A DNA stretch of 63,538 bases, filler included, from Octopus bimaculoides (GCF_001194135.2; 5 parts of 5 records of this genome joined end to end with filler, not necessarily neighbours in it), one strand, 5' to 3'; numbered from the whole stretch's first letter, positions 38,509 through 50,738 are shown. Notes: a model not told the origin generated them from the sequence alone. Translations and numbers: made by a program.

Positions 38509-39244
38509 GTTTCTTTCTCTCTTATTTGAAACAACCTACTCTTTACACGGTTGCACAATCAAAAATCTCTCAAGAGCTAACTCTTCCCGGAGGCAACGAT
38601 ACAAACAATCATGATATTTGAAGTGTAATGAAATTTTGTTTGAATTCTATTTGATTGCTTCTGATGAAAAAAAACTCTACCCGTCTTACCTTTTGTCTTT
38701 GGTGTCTTGTTTTTCCTCAAAGGAATCTATTTTTGAAATGATTTTCTTTAAAAGACGGTCTTAAACGACGTGTAAGCGCCACAGATGGGTAAGAGNNNNN
38801 NNNNNNNNNNNNNNNNNNNNNNNNNNNNNNNNNNNNNNNNNNNNNNNNNNNNNNNNNNNNNNNNNNNNNNNNNNNNNNNNNNNNNNNNNNNNNNNNNNNN
38901 NNNNNNNNNNNNNNNNNNNNNNNNNNNNNNNNNNNNNNNNNNNNNNNNNNNNNNNNNNNNNNNNNNNNNNNNNNNNNNNNNNNNNNNNNNNNNNNNNNNN
39001 NNNNNNNNNNNNNNNNNNNNNNNNNNNNNNNNNNNNNNNNNNNNNNNNNNNNNNNNNNNNNNNNNNNNNNNNNNNNNNNNNNNNNNNNNNNNNNNNNNNN
39101 NNNNNNNNNNNNNNNNNNNNNNNNNNNNNNNNNNNNNNNNNNNNNNNNNNNNNNNNNNNNNCATTCTAATTTTCCTCAAAATATACCCTACTGTCTTAAA
39201 AGAGGAAGAAAATACTGAATAATTTAATAATTATTTCAAACTTT

Positions 39245-39548
39245 TGCCACAAGCGCAGTTTGGGGAAGGTGAGGATGAGTCGATTAGATCGACCCAGTGT
39301 TCAACTGGTACTTATTTTATCGACGCCGGAAGGATGAAAGGCAAAGTTAACCTTGACGAAATTTGAACTCAGAACGTAAAGACAAACGAAATACCGCTAA
39401 GTATTTCGCCCGGCGTGCTAACGTTTCTTATTTCTTTATTGCCCACAAGGGGCTAAACATAGAAGGGACAAACAAGGACAGACAAAGGGATTAAGTCGAT
39501 TATATTGACCCCAGTGCGTAAATGGTACTTAATTCATCGACCCTGAAA
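39245..39548 (-). mobile_element. SINE A nested pair (5'-truncated A1 joined to a head-less A)
   Basis: Same AATAAGAAA|CGTTAGC junction at about 39418-39432. Confidence 0.85.
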
Positions 39549-40384
39549 GAATTAGTTGAGAACAACTGGTCTTGTTGCACAGAAACCCAAATCCAAAACT
39601 TCGGTCATTGACAATACAGAGATAACTCCCTAACGGTACAGTACTTTACAAATAGCAATATGGTAGACCAATACAGAAAATACTTCATTTGCACATGAAA
39701 GAGTACAGTCTGGATATTGAAAGCTAGTCATAAGCATAATTAAATTTTCATACATAACTTCTGCTTGTTTAATATCAACTATATATGGAAGGTCACCTAC
39801 ATAAATAATATCCTACGTTTTTCCTAATATAAGATAGAGTTAACAATGTAAGGAGAAAAATATGTAATATACCGAGTGATAAGGATACTTTATGTAGAGC
39901 TGAATTTTATAAATAATAATCCATTAGAAAACTCAGATTTATTTTTATTCTAGAGCAAGTAATATTGCATCTATTGTTAACACCACAACAACAAACATGA
40001 TAGAAAATTGAAATTCTGCAATATCATCCGATTTTATCCTTTCATTTAAGAAATATAAGCAAGTAACTCTAGAAATTAGGTTTTCCTAAACAGAAAGTAT
40101 TCCCCTTCTAGCTATTGGACCATTAGATTTTATTCAATAAAACCAACGTTAAGATGAGATACATTTGTACAAAATATAAGTATAATAATGGGGTAACTTT
40201 AAAGGTTAGTCAGAAAAATATCACGAGCGCCAAATAGAACTGCATAATAATAGCAAAGAGGTAAGAAAAGCAATTATATGAGAGATAAATAAAACATGTT
40301 ATATGGAGCACGAAATCGAACGAAATGTTGCATCGATATAACTGAATGCAACTTAAAAACCCTGATCTTCAGCTCTGAAATACC

Positions 40385-40642
40385 CGTGTGCAGACAATTC
40401 GTTGACAGTCAATTCGCCGACAGACAATTCTCACAGGGCCTCAGACTCAACAAGGAGGCCTACATCAAGTGCATGGAGGAGGATGTGCTACCCTGGGTCA
40501 AGAGGGTGGCTGCTAGAACACCCTATGTCTTGCAACAGGACTCTGCACCATACCACACAATTTTCCTGTCTGTAAGTTATATGTCGACCAATTGTCTGTC
40601 GGCCAACTGTCTGTCGACCAATTGTCCGTCTGCCGAAATACC
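40385..40642. mobile_element. Foldback-like element: inverted arrays of a 15-bp unit
   Basis: GACAATTCGTTGACA GTCAATTCGCCGACA GACAATTC (40393-40430) versus TGTCGACCAATTGTC TGTCGGCCAACTGTC TGTCGACCAATTGTC (40582-40626). Confidence 0.6.
40428..40558 (+). pseudogene. Internal fragment of a maT/DD37D-type Tc1-mariner transposase
   Basis: FSQGLRLNKEAYIKCMEEDVLPWVKRVAARTPYVLQQDSAPYHT; homologous to 55230-55370 (-). Confidence 0.85.
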
Positions 40643-41129
40643 TTCGTGAATAACAAAAACAGATTACCACAGCCTTTCCCGAATTCTTAAGATTATCAAA
40701 AGACTGATAAGTTTTTCATTTTGACATCAGCTGGTCAAACGTAAAACATATATGTCCAGCAGAATGGAGTAAATCCATTCTAACTCTGCATTGTTGGAAT
40801 ATAGCGTTCCATGAGGAAAAAGAATTTATCTGGTGAGTTTTGATTTTCAGTGACTTGGCCAGAAAAAGGAATGCAGTAAGTTTCTTAATCTCACGCTCAT
40901 ACTTTCATGATTTACAGCTGAGAGTTCTACAAGAGTTATGGGAAATATAAGCACAACATGTCTCCAGAAAATTTATCGCACTCAATCTCTCACAACACGG
41001 AACATAATTAATTTTTCCCAATCCATTCATTCCTCTTTGATGTACACTATGGTATCGATGTTTCTGCTCAAAATAGAAAATAACATAACAGTAATAAATT
41101 CTTGTATTCTAATGCTTATATAATATGGG

Positions 41130-41156
41130 TGTAGATATAGATGTATGTGTGTGTGC

Positions 41157-41196
<40 letters not shown>

Positions 41197-41420
41197 AGAG
41201 AGTGAGGAGGCGAGAGAAAGAGAGTGACATAGATGTAGATATATAATGTGAGTGACAAAGGTATGGATGTATAATATAGATATAGATATATGAAGTGACA
41301 TAGATACAGATGTATAATGTATATATAGATGTAGATACGTGTTTGTGTATATGTGTTTGTGTGTCTACATTGATAGATAAATAGATATGTATATGTGTGT
41401 ATGTGTGTGTTGTGTATATT

Positions 41421-41479
<59 letters not shown>

Positions 41480-41486
41480 GTATGCA

Positions 41487-41525
<39 letters not shown>

Positions 41526-41628
41526 CAGCGAGAGAGAGAGAGCGTGTGTGTCTGTAGATTGATAGATAAGTAGATATGTATGTGTGTGTGTGTGTGTTTA
41601 AATAGATATGTATGTGTATCTGCATATA

Positions 41629-41664
<36 letters not shown>

Positions 41665-41738
41665 TGTGTGTGTGAGTATCTGTGTGTGTAGATTGATAGA
41701 GAAATAGATATGTATATGTATGTGTGTAAGTGTGTGTT

Positions 41739-41818
<80 letters not shown>

Positions 41819-41950
41819 AAGATAGATATGCATGTATGTATGTGTGAGAGAGAGCGGGAGAGAGAGAGAGTGTTTGTGTGTATGCATGGAGATTGATATA
41901 TAAATAGGCATGCATGTGTGTATGTATGTGTATGTGAAAGATCGAGAGAA
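41130..41950. repeat. Compound microsatellite with higher-order periodicity
   Basis: Anchor GATTGATAG..TAGATATG at 41369, 41557, 41691, 41891, separated by TG/GATA/AG tracts. Confidence 0.85.
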
Positions 41951-42299
41951 AGAGCGGGGGAGTGTGGGGGGTGCAGATGGATTATGAAAAGCCTAATTTA
42001 TCCCGTGATAGTCTTTCTTTTATGTGAGTTAACACTCAGATAAGAACACACGTTAGCACGGAAGAGTAGTCCAACAGAGGTGGTGATTCCGCTAGATAGC
42101 GGTTTCTGCTTCCTTGAGCTTCATCGGTAACAACTACCCACTAGCAACGGCATGCGATAAGAGATAAAGACGCCGTCTTGACTCTCCAAACCGTTGGCCT
42201 AGCACAACCTAGCACAACCTAGCACAACATGCAACAGCCGCGATAAGAAAGAGTACTGTACCAGCACTTGACTACTGCTTATTTTTCAGGTTGGTAGAA

Positions 42300-42420
42300 A
42301 AATGCAACTAGGAATAAAGTATTTTGCTCCAGAACAAAATGCGCTGCAACGTCTAGGAATGGAAACCAAGATGTTATAACGCAAACCGAACAGCCTAACC
42401 ACAAGACCACGCGTCTTCAC
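42300..42420 (-). mobile_element. Degenerate SINE head (E/F-like)
   Basis: Minus strand GTGAAGACGCGTGGTCTTGTGGTTAGG..TTGTTCTGGAGCAAAATACTT. Confidence 0.55.
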
Positions 42421-42537
42421 ACAAACCTACACACACCCAGACATACAGACATACAGACATACAGACATACAAACATACAGACATACAAACATACAGACAT
42501 ACACAGATATGTATATGGATTATATATATATATATAT

Positions 42538-42700
42538 AGTTACAATTTACAAAAAAACAAAAGACGAAGACAGGTGTGTAAACAACAAACAGATGTATTA
42601 GTTTAACGCTCGGGATGTGAGAAAGTATTTTACGTTTCGAGCCGACGCTCTTCGACAGAAAGGAACACAGAAATAGATTGGGAGAGAAAATAGAAAAGGT
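42538..42700 (-). mobile_element. Solo PLE terminal repeat with hammerhead-like motif, flanked by (TA)n
   Basis: Homologous to 46870-47050 and 60069-60260; CTGTCGA-A-GAGC-GTCG-GCTC-GAAAC-GTA at about 42658-42631. Confidence 0.8.
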
Positions 42701-43739
42701 TATATATATATGTGTGTGTGTGTATGTATATATGTATATATATATATGCATGTATGTATATANNNNNNNNNNNNNNNNNNNNNNNNNNNNNNNNNNNNNN
42801 NNNNNNNNNNNNNNNNNNNNNNNNNNNNNNNNNNNNNNNNNNNNNNNNNNNNNNNNNNNNNNNNNNNNNNNNNNNNNNNNNNNNNNNTATATATATGTAT
42901 GTATGTATATGTAAATATATGTGTAGATATGTGTATGTATGTATATATATATATATATATATAGATGTACATATATATATATATGAACACGCATATAGAT
43001 ATTATATTCGTGTCAGCTTGTTTGTAAGATCTACGGCTTCAACAGACAGAACAAAGTATCGATTACTTTAAGAAGTCATTTGTGTTGCATTTTGTCATTT
43101 TGTGATTAGCTTATAGAATTAATTTTGTTTCGGTTCTTCTAACTGAACCTGTTCATAACTAATTAATGTAAACAGATTTGTGATTTACTTAGAAGATACC
43201 AAACGTAATTGAATTTACTCTGTAAATTAATCAGCAAAATAGTCTATATACCTATGTAGCGAGATGATGTTGGAAAAGATGTTGTTGACCTAGCAGATGA
43301 AGAGGCATGTGGACGACATCAAAGTAAAACAATGGGAAAGCATCGGATTGTGGGTGAAATCATTTATTTAATCGACAATTGCATTTACGTGTTGTATACA
43401 CCAGAAAATCCGCTACATGACATTACCAACTTGCTTCGAGTTGGCGAAGTAAAAAATAAACAGGAGAAATAACGTGTCGATGTGATGAGGTAGAACCGGG
43501 CATGTTTTGTGTCTGTTTGTGCGTTGGTCATTCGGTCGTGTCTGTTTGTTCTGCCACTGCTACTGTGTTGGGTCGTTCATGCTGAATATGTGGTTCTGTG
43601 TTGGTTGCTTGACTTACGCAAGTTAACTGTTGTCTGTCGACAGTTTGCCTCTTGCTGGCTGTCTGTCCGTCTGTCGTGTATCTGACTGTATTTATCACGG
43701 TCATCCCAACTAGAAGGACAGACATACCACAAGCCTCCT

Positions 43740-44140
43740 GTCCACTTGAACCTTAAATGACACAGCTCAGGTCGGAGTTCGAAGAGAAATCCATCGATCA
43801 TTTCTTTCGCGCCCGTTTGACCAGCGGTGGATCAGACGAACGAGAATCCTTAGNNNNNNNNNNNNNNNNNNNNNNNNNNNNNNNNNNNNNNNNNNNNNNN
43901 NNNNNNNNNNNNNNNNNNNNNNNNNNNNNNNNNNNNNNNNNNNNNNNNNNNNNNNNNNNNNNNNNNNNNNNNNNNNNNNNNNNNNNNNNNNNNNNNNNNN
44001 NNNNNNNNNNNNNNNNNNNNNNNNNNNNNNNNNNNNNNNNNNNNNNNNNNNNNNNNNNNNNNNNNNNNNNNNATACACCGGAAGAGAGTTCGAGCGAAAA
44101 AGATATACGCAAACGGAGGTTCTCTGAATTAGATCTTTTA
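43740..44140 (-). pseudogene. Possible further PLE GIY-YIG remnant split by a gap
   Basis: TSVCVYLFRSNSLPVY before the gap and FELRPELC after it; the 219-N gap roughly fits the expected spacing; weak. Confidence 0.35.
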
Positions 44141-44159
44141 TGTTAATAAGCGCGATAAG

Positions 44160-44465
44160 CGTCGCCCTTTCAAAGTCTAGCCAGACTCATGGGCCCGGTT
44201 TCCCGGTTTCTATGGCGTATGTGTTCCCCCCAACTGGACGGGACGCCAGTCCATTGCAGCATAACTCAAGAAACAGGAAGAAAGAGTGAGAGAAAGTTAG
44301 GGCGAAAGAGTACAACAGGGGTCGCCACCACCCCCTGCCGGAGCCTCGTGGAGCTTTAGGTGTTTTCGCTCAATAAACACTCACAACACCCGGTCTGGGA
44401 ATCGAAACCGCCATCCTCCGGCTGCGAGTCCGCTGCCCTAACCACTGGGCCATTGCGCCTCCACC
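44160..44465 (-). mobile_element. Full-length SINE family C
   Basis: A box TGGCCCAGTGG, B box GTTTCGATTCCC, 3' region ATGGACTGGCGTCCCGTCCAG..ATAGAAACCGGG. Confidence 0.88.
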
Positions 44466-44802
44466 TTTTATGTTAATCCCTCAATAAATTTATTCAGTTC
44501 TTGCAACATATGTAATACATTATCAAAGCGATTGCATTTCTATTCTTAAGTTGGTAACTTGTATACCAGATAACTCTACTTGCTCGTTGTCTCATGATCA
44601 TGTGTCTGTTTTAATCGTTAAACTACCTTGGTCCAATAGCTAAAAAGTTCATTTTGGCAATTACAATGTCCCTGGTTCGATCCCATGCTTGATGAGTGCC
44701 TTTTATCGTGATTTCAGGTTGACAGAGACATTGTGAATAAAATTAGAATGACAGAAACTATGTGGAATCTTTGCCAGATAGTTCGTACTTGTCTTTCAAA
44801 AA

Positions 44803-44880
44803 CCCAACTGCCATGCAGTAGGACTGAACCCGGAACCATGTGGTTGGTTAGCAAGCTACTTACCACGCAGCCACTCCTGA
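44803..44880 (-). mobile_element. SINE family B head
   Basis: CAGGAGTGGCTGCGTGGTAAGTAGCTTGCT..GGTTCCGGGTTCAGTCC. Confidence 0.85.
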
Positions 44881-45004
44881 GCCTATGTTAACATTTGTGT
44901 TTTGTTGTGTAAGTTGTATAAGTACATTTTTAACTTTACTATGTCCTGTTACAGAAATAATAGGGATCCAGATAGAGTTAACATAATTCATGACAGATAT
45001 TGTG

Positions 45005-45236
45005 TATTGGATTGTCCGGAAAGTTCGTGCCGATTTTTAAAGGAAAGAAAAAAGTCAATAAATACTTGCCATTACATTTTTAATCAACCAAATATGAAGC
45101 ATTTTGTTGCACAATGCGTCTCCATCTTTCCTTTAACTTGAAAATACCCTCTTCCCAGATTTCAGGTGGTTTCATGGCAAATAAGTCGAAAGGTAAGCTA
45201 CTATAAATCGGCACGAACTTTCCGGACAACCCATTA
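45005..45236 (-). mobile_element. Mariner-derived MITE (about 230 bp)
   Basis: 30-bp TIRs at 45007-45036 and 45205-45234 (28/30), TA TSDs; internal minus-strand WEEGIFKLKERWRRIVQQNASYLVD* is a mariner C-terminus. Confidence 0.92.
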
Positions 45237-45365
45237 TTATTCACACACGAATGTAAAAATTTCTTTCTGTAGACAAATGCGGCGATTGTCAGAACTCAAA
45301 GTGCTTACTGCGTCATGTTCTNNNNNNNNNNNNNNNNNNNNNNNNNNNNNNNNNNNNNNNNNNNN

Positions 45366-45377
45366 TTAATTAATTAA
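45366..45377. other. Artificial scaffold-join spacer TTAATTAATTAA
   Basis: 44N-12-44N. Confidence 0.95.
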
Positions 45378-45421
45378 NNNNNNNNNNNNNNNNNNNNNNN
45401 NNNNNNNNNNNNNNNNNNNNN

Positions 45422-47050
45422 GCTCTCCACTTCTCCTGCACTATCTCTGACACCTCTGTCTCCTTTCTTGACATTTCGGTCAGCATTCATCACTCCACTC
45501 TTACCACCTCCATCCACTACAAACACACAGACTCACACTCTTATCTCAACTTCTCCTCCTCCCACCCTAAACACACCAAGCTTTCCATCCCCTATTCCCA
45601 ATTCCTCTGTCTACACAGGCTCTGTAGTGACAACCATGACTTTGAGACTCAGTCTCAACTCATGGCTCGCCACTTCATCCTAAGGGGATATCCCCTCACC
45701 ACCATCCACACCGCCCTTGCCAGAGCACGTTTCATGGACTGTGCATCTGCTCTCTCCCCCGAACTCCACCTCACACATCTTCCCTAACCGACCCCTCCCC
45801 TCTTTCAAACGAGCCTACAACCTACGAGACCTCTTGGTCCACAGCTCCTTCCCCAACCCAACCTCCCAACCTGGCTTGTTCCCTTGCTCCCTCCCATGCT
45901 GCCGCACTTGCCCTTACCTCTCCAACACCACCCTCCTCACCGGCACCCATCATCGACCATATCGTATCACTGACTCCTTCACCTGCACTTCTACCAACAT
46001 CATCTATTGCATCTCCTGCTCTCTCTGCCATTCTCTGTACATCGGACAAACGGGGCGCCGCTTGGCCAACTGATTCGCAGAACACCTCCGAGACATCTGC
46101 CTTAGCAATGACACCCCAGTGTCACGCCATTTCCGCTCTACCGGTCACTCCTTGCAGCAACACTTGTCCATGTTTGGATTGTCCTTGCACAGGGGCCATC
46201 CGGNNNNNNNNNNNNNNNNNNNNNNNNNNNNNNNNNNNNNNNNNNNNNNNNNNNNNNNNNNNNNNNNNNNNNNNNNNNNNNNNNNNNNNNNNNNNNNNNN
46301 NNNNNNNNNNNNNNNNNNNNNNNNNNNNNNNNNNNNNNNNNNNNNNNNNNNNNNNNNNNNNNNNNNNNNNNNNNNNNNNNNNNNNNNNNNNNNNNNNNNN
46401 NNNNNNNNNNNNNNNNNNNNNNNNNNNNNNNNNNNNNNNNNNNNNNNNNNNNNNNNNNNNNNNNNNNNNNNNNNNNNNNNNNNNNNNNNNNNNNNNNNNN
46501 NNNNNNNNNNNNNNNNNNNNNNNNNNNNNNNNNNNNNNNNNNNNNNNNNNNNNNNNNNNNNNNNNNNNNNNNNNNNNNNNNNNNNNNNNNNNNNNNNNNN
46601 NNNNNNNNNNNNNNNNNNNNNNNNNNNNNNNNNNNNNNNNNNNNNNNNNNNNNNNNNNNNNNNNNNNNNNNNACACCCTCTCCCACATACTCCACCTCTA
46701 CCCCCACCCCTTACCTACCCACATACCCCACCTACATACACCCATGCATATGTTAAGATCACCAGCATTCTCTCACACACACGCACCTTCGTTTTGGGAT
46801 CACTACTTCTTTGTTATCTCCCCTTCTTCACTCTCCTGTGTGACCCTTCTGTTCGGCATTCACCATGATAGATCACTGACCACTACACATATTTTTTTTC
46901 TCTCCTTGTTTCTTTCTGTGTTCCTTTCTGTTGAAGAGCGTAGGCTCGAAATGTTAAAGACTTTCTCTATTCCCGAGCGTTATACTAATACATCCATTTG
47001 TTGTTTACACTACTTGTCTTCGTCTGTTGTTTTTTTGTGAATTCTCCTAT
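45422..47050 (+). mobile_element. Neptune-like Penelope element, 3' half: RT thumb, Cys linker, GIY-YIG, 3' UTR and pLTR
   Basis: VSFLDISV..HYKHTDSHSYLNFSSSHP..SIPYSQFL..RGYP; FPCSLPCCRTCP; FTCTSTNIIYCISC..LYIGQTGRRLAN*FAEH; one frameshift/deletion, one TGA, gap 46203-46672. Confidence 0.92.
46924..46960 (+). ncRNA. Minimal hammerhead-like motif (U at position 6)
   Basis: CTTT-CTGTTGA-A-GAGC-GTAG-GCTC-GAAAT-GTT-AAAG. Confidence 0.7.
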
Positions 47051-47060
47051 ATATATATAT

Positions 47061-47225
47061 AACGATGCTGGTGTGCTTATGTCCCTGTCACTTAGCGGTT
47101 CGGCAAAAGAGACTGATAGAATAAGTACTAGGCTTACAAAGAATAAGTCCCGGGGTCGATTTGCTCAACTAATGGTGGTGCTCCAGCATGGCCGCAGTCA
47201 AATGACTGAAACAAGTAAAGAGTAA
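47061..47225 (+). mobile_element. SINE family B, 3' half
   Basis: Matches 5508-5680. Confidence 0.9.
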
Positions 47226-47229
47226 TAGA

Positions 47230-48780
47230 AATATGTTACAAAAACAAAATAGAAACTACACGTGGAAATGTAAGGAGAAAGTAAGCAGAAAAATAAGCGA
47301 AAATACACATTGGAAATAAAAAAAAAAGTTAAGGCTTTTTATGAAAAGTAATGATAGATATGTACAATTAGATGAACTGAGGTAGGAATAAAGGTAATAA
47401 AAGTCATCATTGTGAGTTTTTAAAGAGATTTAAAAGCATACTGGTTTTGTAATGTTACTAATCATTGCTTCGAATGCACAACGAATTCTGAACGGTGTCA
47501 AGTCTATTAGTCCCTTAGTAAAAAGATTATGTGTAAGGGAGATAAGTAGTTCTGGATTTGGTGCAATTTAGAGTAGATCTGGATTTGTAATGTGAATGGT
47601 ATATGGGATGTATGGGGGTTAGTGGTATTAAATGGAAGATTAGTAGTGTTCTTTATTATGCTATGTGTTCATATTTAGTTGAGGAAGATATTTATTAATG
47701 AAAATTGCCTCTTTATTCATTCTTTGTTGTGTTGATGTGTTCTGTGAACATTGATAGAAGGGAAAAATTAGGAAATTAGGATTAAGATTCCTCACACACC
47801 TTTCTATGTGTCCACTGACCTGTATCTGTCTGTAATGTGGGTGGTGGATTTTTTCTTTGTGGAGAGTAGTTCTTCTACGGAGTGATATTCCTGTTTGGCC
47901 AATATAGTTATTACTGCACCCTAAGCATGTAATAGCATAGATTAGGTTTTCTGAGGCACAGGTGAAATTTGATTTAATCTTAAATATTTCACCTTGTTTA
48001 AAGTGGAACTCCGAACACTCCAAAAGGTGGTGGCAAGTACCACAGTTAGGTCGACCACATTTCTTTACCTTTGGTTCTATTGTTAAGGGATACAGTCTTG
48101 CACTGGTTAATATTTTTTTCAGTGATTTAGGTTGTATTTTACTTTTGATAATTTTGTGTGAGTCTAAAATTTTGTTCATTGTTTTATCTCTTGTGAGGAT
48201 GGGTAGATTTTGGATGATAACGTTAAAGGCTTCATTGTTTCTAGGGTTGTGTGGAGATGTATGGGAGTATTTTTAAGTCTGGTTTAGTATTTCAGTTGAC
48301 TTCCCTAAATGTTTGTATGTCTATTTCCTTAGCTCGTTTGATTCCGTCATTTATTAAAGATATTGGGTAATGTCTTTTGAGTTGTATTGATCTGAGTCCA
48401 AGGAGTCTTCGTTCAAGAGTATAGGAGTCCAAAACTACGGTACAAATTCTTTTCGCTAGATTATAAGGTATATTAATTTTTATGTGTTTGCAGTGGGATG
48501 AGTTGAATAATAGGTATTGTTTAGAATCAGTAGGTTTATAGAAGATGTCTGTTTCTATGTGGTTATTAACTATTTTAATTAGGATGTCAAGAAAAGGGAG
48601 TTGTTTACTGCTGTGTTCCATAGTGAATTGTATGTTGCTATTAATATTGTTAAGCATTATTTTGAAATCGAGGAGTCTGTCCATGCTGTCTTTCCAAACT
48701 ATAACGCAATCGTCCAAGTACCTCTTCCAGTTTTCCTTTAAATAGCAATGAAAAGAGTTGCCATATTTTTGTAATGATGT
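47230..48780 (-). mobile_element. Second Neptune-like Penelope element, 5'-truncated: RT (YLDD), thumb, Cys linker, GIY-YIG, 3' UTR
   Basis: WKRYLDDCVIVW; LPFLDILI; DIFYKPTDSKQYL; KKCGRPNCGTC; NFTCASENLIYAITCLGCSNNYIGQTG; KEAIFI..PQLN; frameshift near 48290. Confidence 0.93.
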
Positions 48781-49284
48781 TATATATATATATATATATA
48801 TATATTTAGTTCCCGTCGTGTCTGGCTCTCTCGATCCCTCTATGCTTCTATGACTACCATTTCTCTCAAATGGTGATGGCCCTGCTTTACTCTGTCCCTC
48901 TCTCTCTCTTCTTCTCCCTCCTTCGTTTAAACTAACGTAAAAACTCAGTCAGTCTTTCACTTGCTCCTAGAAATTTGCTGAATATACACATGAAACTCAG
49001 TGACATGGCTAGAAGATAAGTTCGATTTGGGTTTTGTTTCAGCCTCGCCAGTATTTCATATTTTGCTCTGATTCATATACCTTGTCCGTATCATTACAAT
49101 GTCGTTATATTTAGTTCCCTTTGTGCCTGGCTCTCTCGATCCCGGTGCACCCCCCCACCCCCTCCACCAGTACCGGAAGTTCCTATTTTCTCCAACAGTC
49201 CCGGAAGTCCCTGACTATCTCCCATGAACACTTCTAAAGGNNNNNNNNNNNNNNNNNNNNNNNNNNNNNNNNNNNNNNNNNNNN

Positions 49285-49296
49285 TTAATTAATTAA
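49285..49296. other. Artificial scaffold-join spacer TTAATTAATTAA
   Basis: 44N-12-44N. Confidence 0.95.
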
Positions 49297-50738
49297 NNNN
49301 NNNNNNNNNNNNNNNNNNNNNNNNNNNNNNNNNNNNNNNNTATATATATATATATATATATATGCATGTATGTATGTATGTACGTACGTAAGTTGATTGT
49401 TAGTTAGATAATTCAAACTGCATAATCAAGACTGAACGTCAAATCATCAGAGATGATTATACGTAACATTATTGGATTGAAAAAATAACAGTATTCATGA
49501 TCCGGAGAATGGTTAGTGGCTATGCCAGAATTACTGCAGAAAGAGCGTCGTATTGGCGTGAGAGAGTAGGGATAATTAGCATGGAACAGAAAAAGAGGGA
49601 GGATGAAAGGAGGAAGAACCTTATCAGAACATCTATAATGTAGATGTTTGCTCATTTTCTAACAAATAATCTTATTGCATTTTCTTATCCATTGTAACGA
49701 AGTATGTATGCGTATGTATGTATGTATGTATGTATGTATGTATGTATGTATGCATGCATGTATGCATGTATGCATGTATATATGTATGTTACTAAGTATA
49801 TGTGTGTATACAATTACGTACGAATGTCTATTAAAGGTTGTACGTGTATATGTATGTTTATTTTTAGGTGTTGATACGAATTGGTATTTTATTTGGGGTA
49901 ATTCATTTAATTATTAACTACCAGCAATATGTGTGTGTGTGTACGAATATATTCAGTATACGTGCGTATATATATGTATGTCTATACGTCTGTGTGTGTA
50001 ACTAACTATTTATATCTATATCTATATCGATCTATACACACACACGCATACACTCACGCACACAGATATGTGCATATCTAAAGTCAGCCATTTATTGTAT
50101 ATACACATAAGAGTTCTAATGGATCTCATGAAATGATGAAATATTGATGGGTAACAAATGGATAAAAGGCAGCAAAATGGAAATGGACAAAGTGGACAAA
50201 AAAAATATAACACTTGGTAAATCCAGAAAAAAATATGACAAGATGGACAATGGTGGGAAATAATTCTTTAAAATTATACAAAATACAAATTGGTTATGAT
50301 GTAAGAAATCCTGGTATGAATCGACTAGTCTCGACATATACAGTGTTGGTCACTGGTAACATATTAACAGTTCACATTTAATTATGTCATGATTATAACG
50401 GCCATTCGTAGTATCACAACTTTTAAATTAAAGAAAATCATACATCAAAGTAGTATGGGCGCATACACAAACACTATTTGGCTATCTCGGATGTTGAGGT
50501 AAAAGACCACGATACCTTTCAACGCCTAAAATTTGTAAGCGTTTATGACTTATTTCCTGACTGGAGTGTGACGTGCGCATACACAAGAATGTATGGCGTA
50601 CTATTTTGATTTTAAAGTCCACAGGAATATCGCAAGTAAGAAGTCTTCAAGCAAATCCATTTGACCTAGCTCTTATTTTATGATATTCTGGCAATATACA
50701 CAGAAACAATTCGGTTTTTCTAATGTGGCTGTGGTAAG

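Noticed and set aside
40393-40626. Short periodic repeats as a CRISPR array
   Set aside because: Eukaryotic context, 15-bp units with no spacers, inverted arrangement, no cas genes
46071-46073. In-frame TGA in the PLE endonuclease as selenocysteine (some PLE clades encode Sec)
   Set aside because: It falls on the conserved Arg of RLxxRFxEH, so CGA-to-TGA CpG decay is the simpler explanation; no SECIS was recognised
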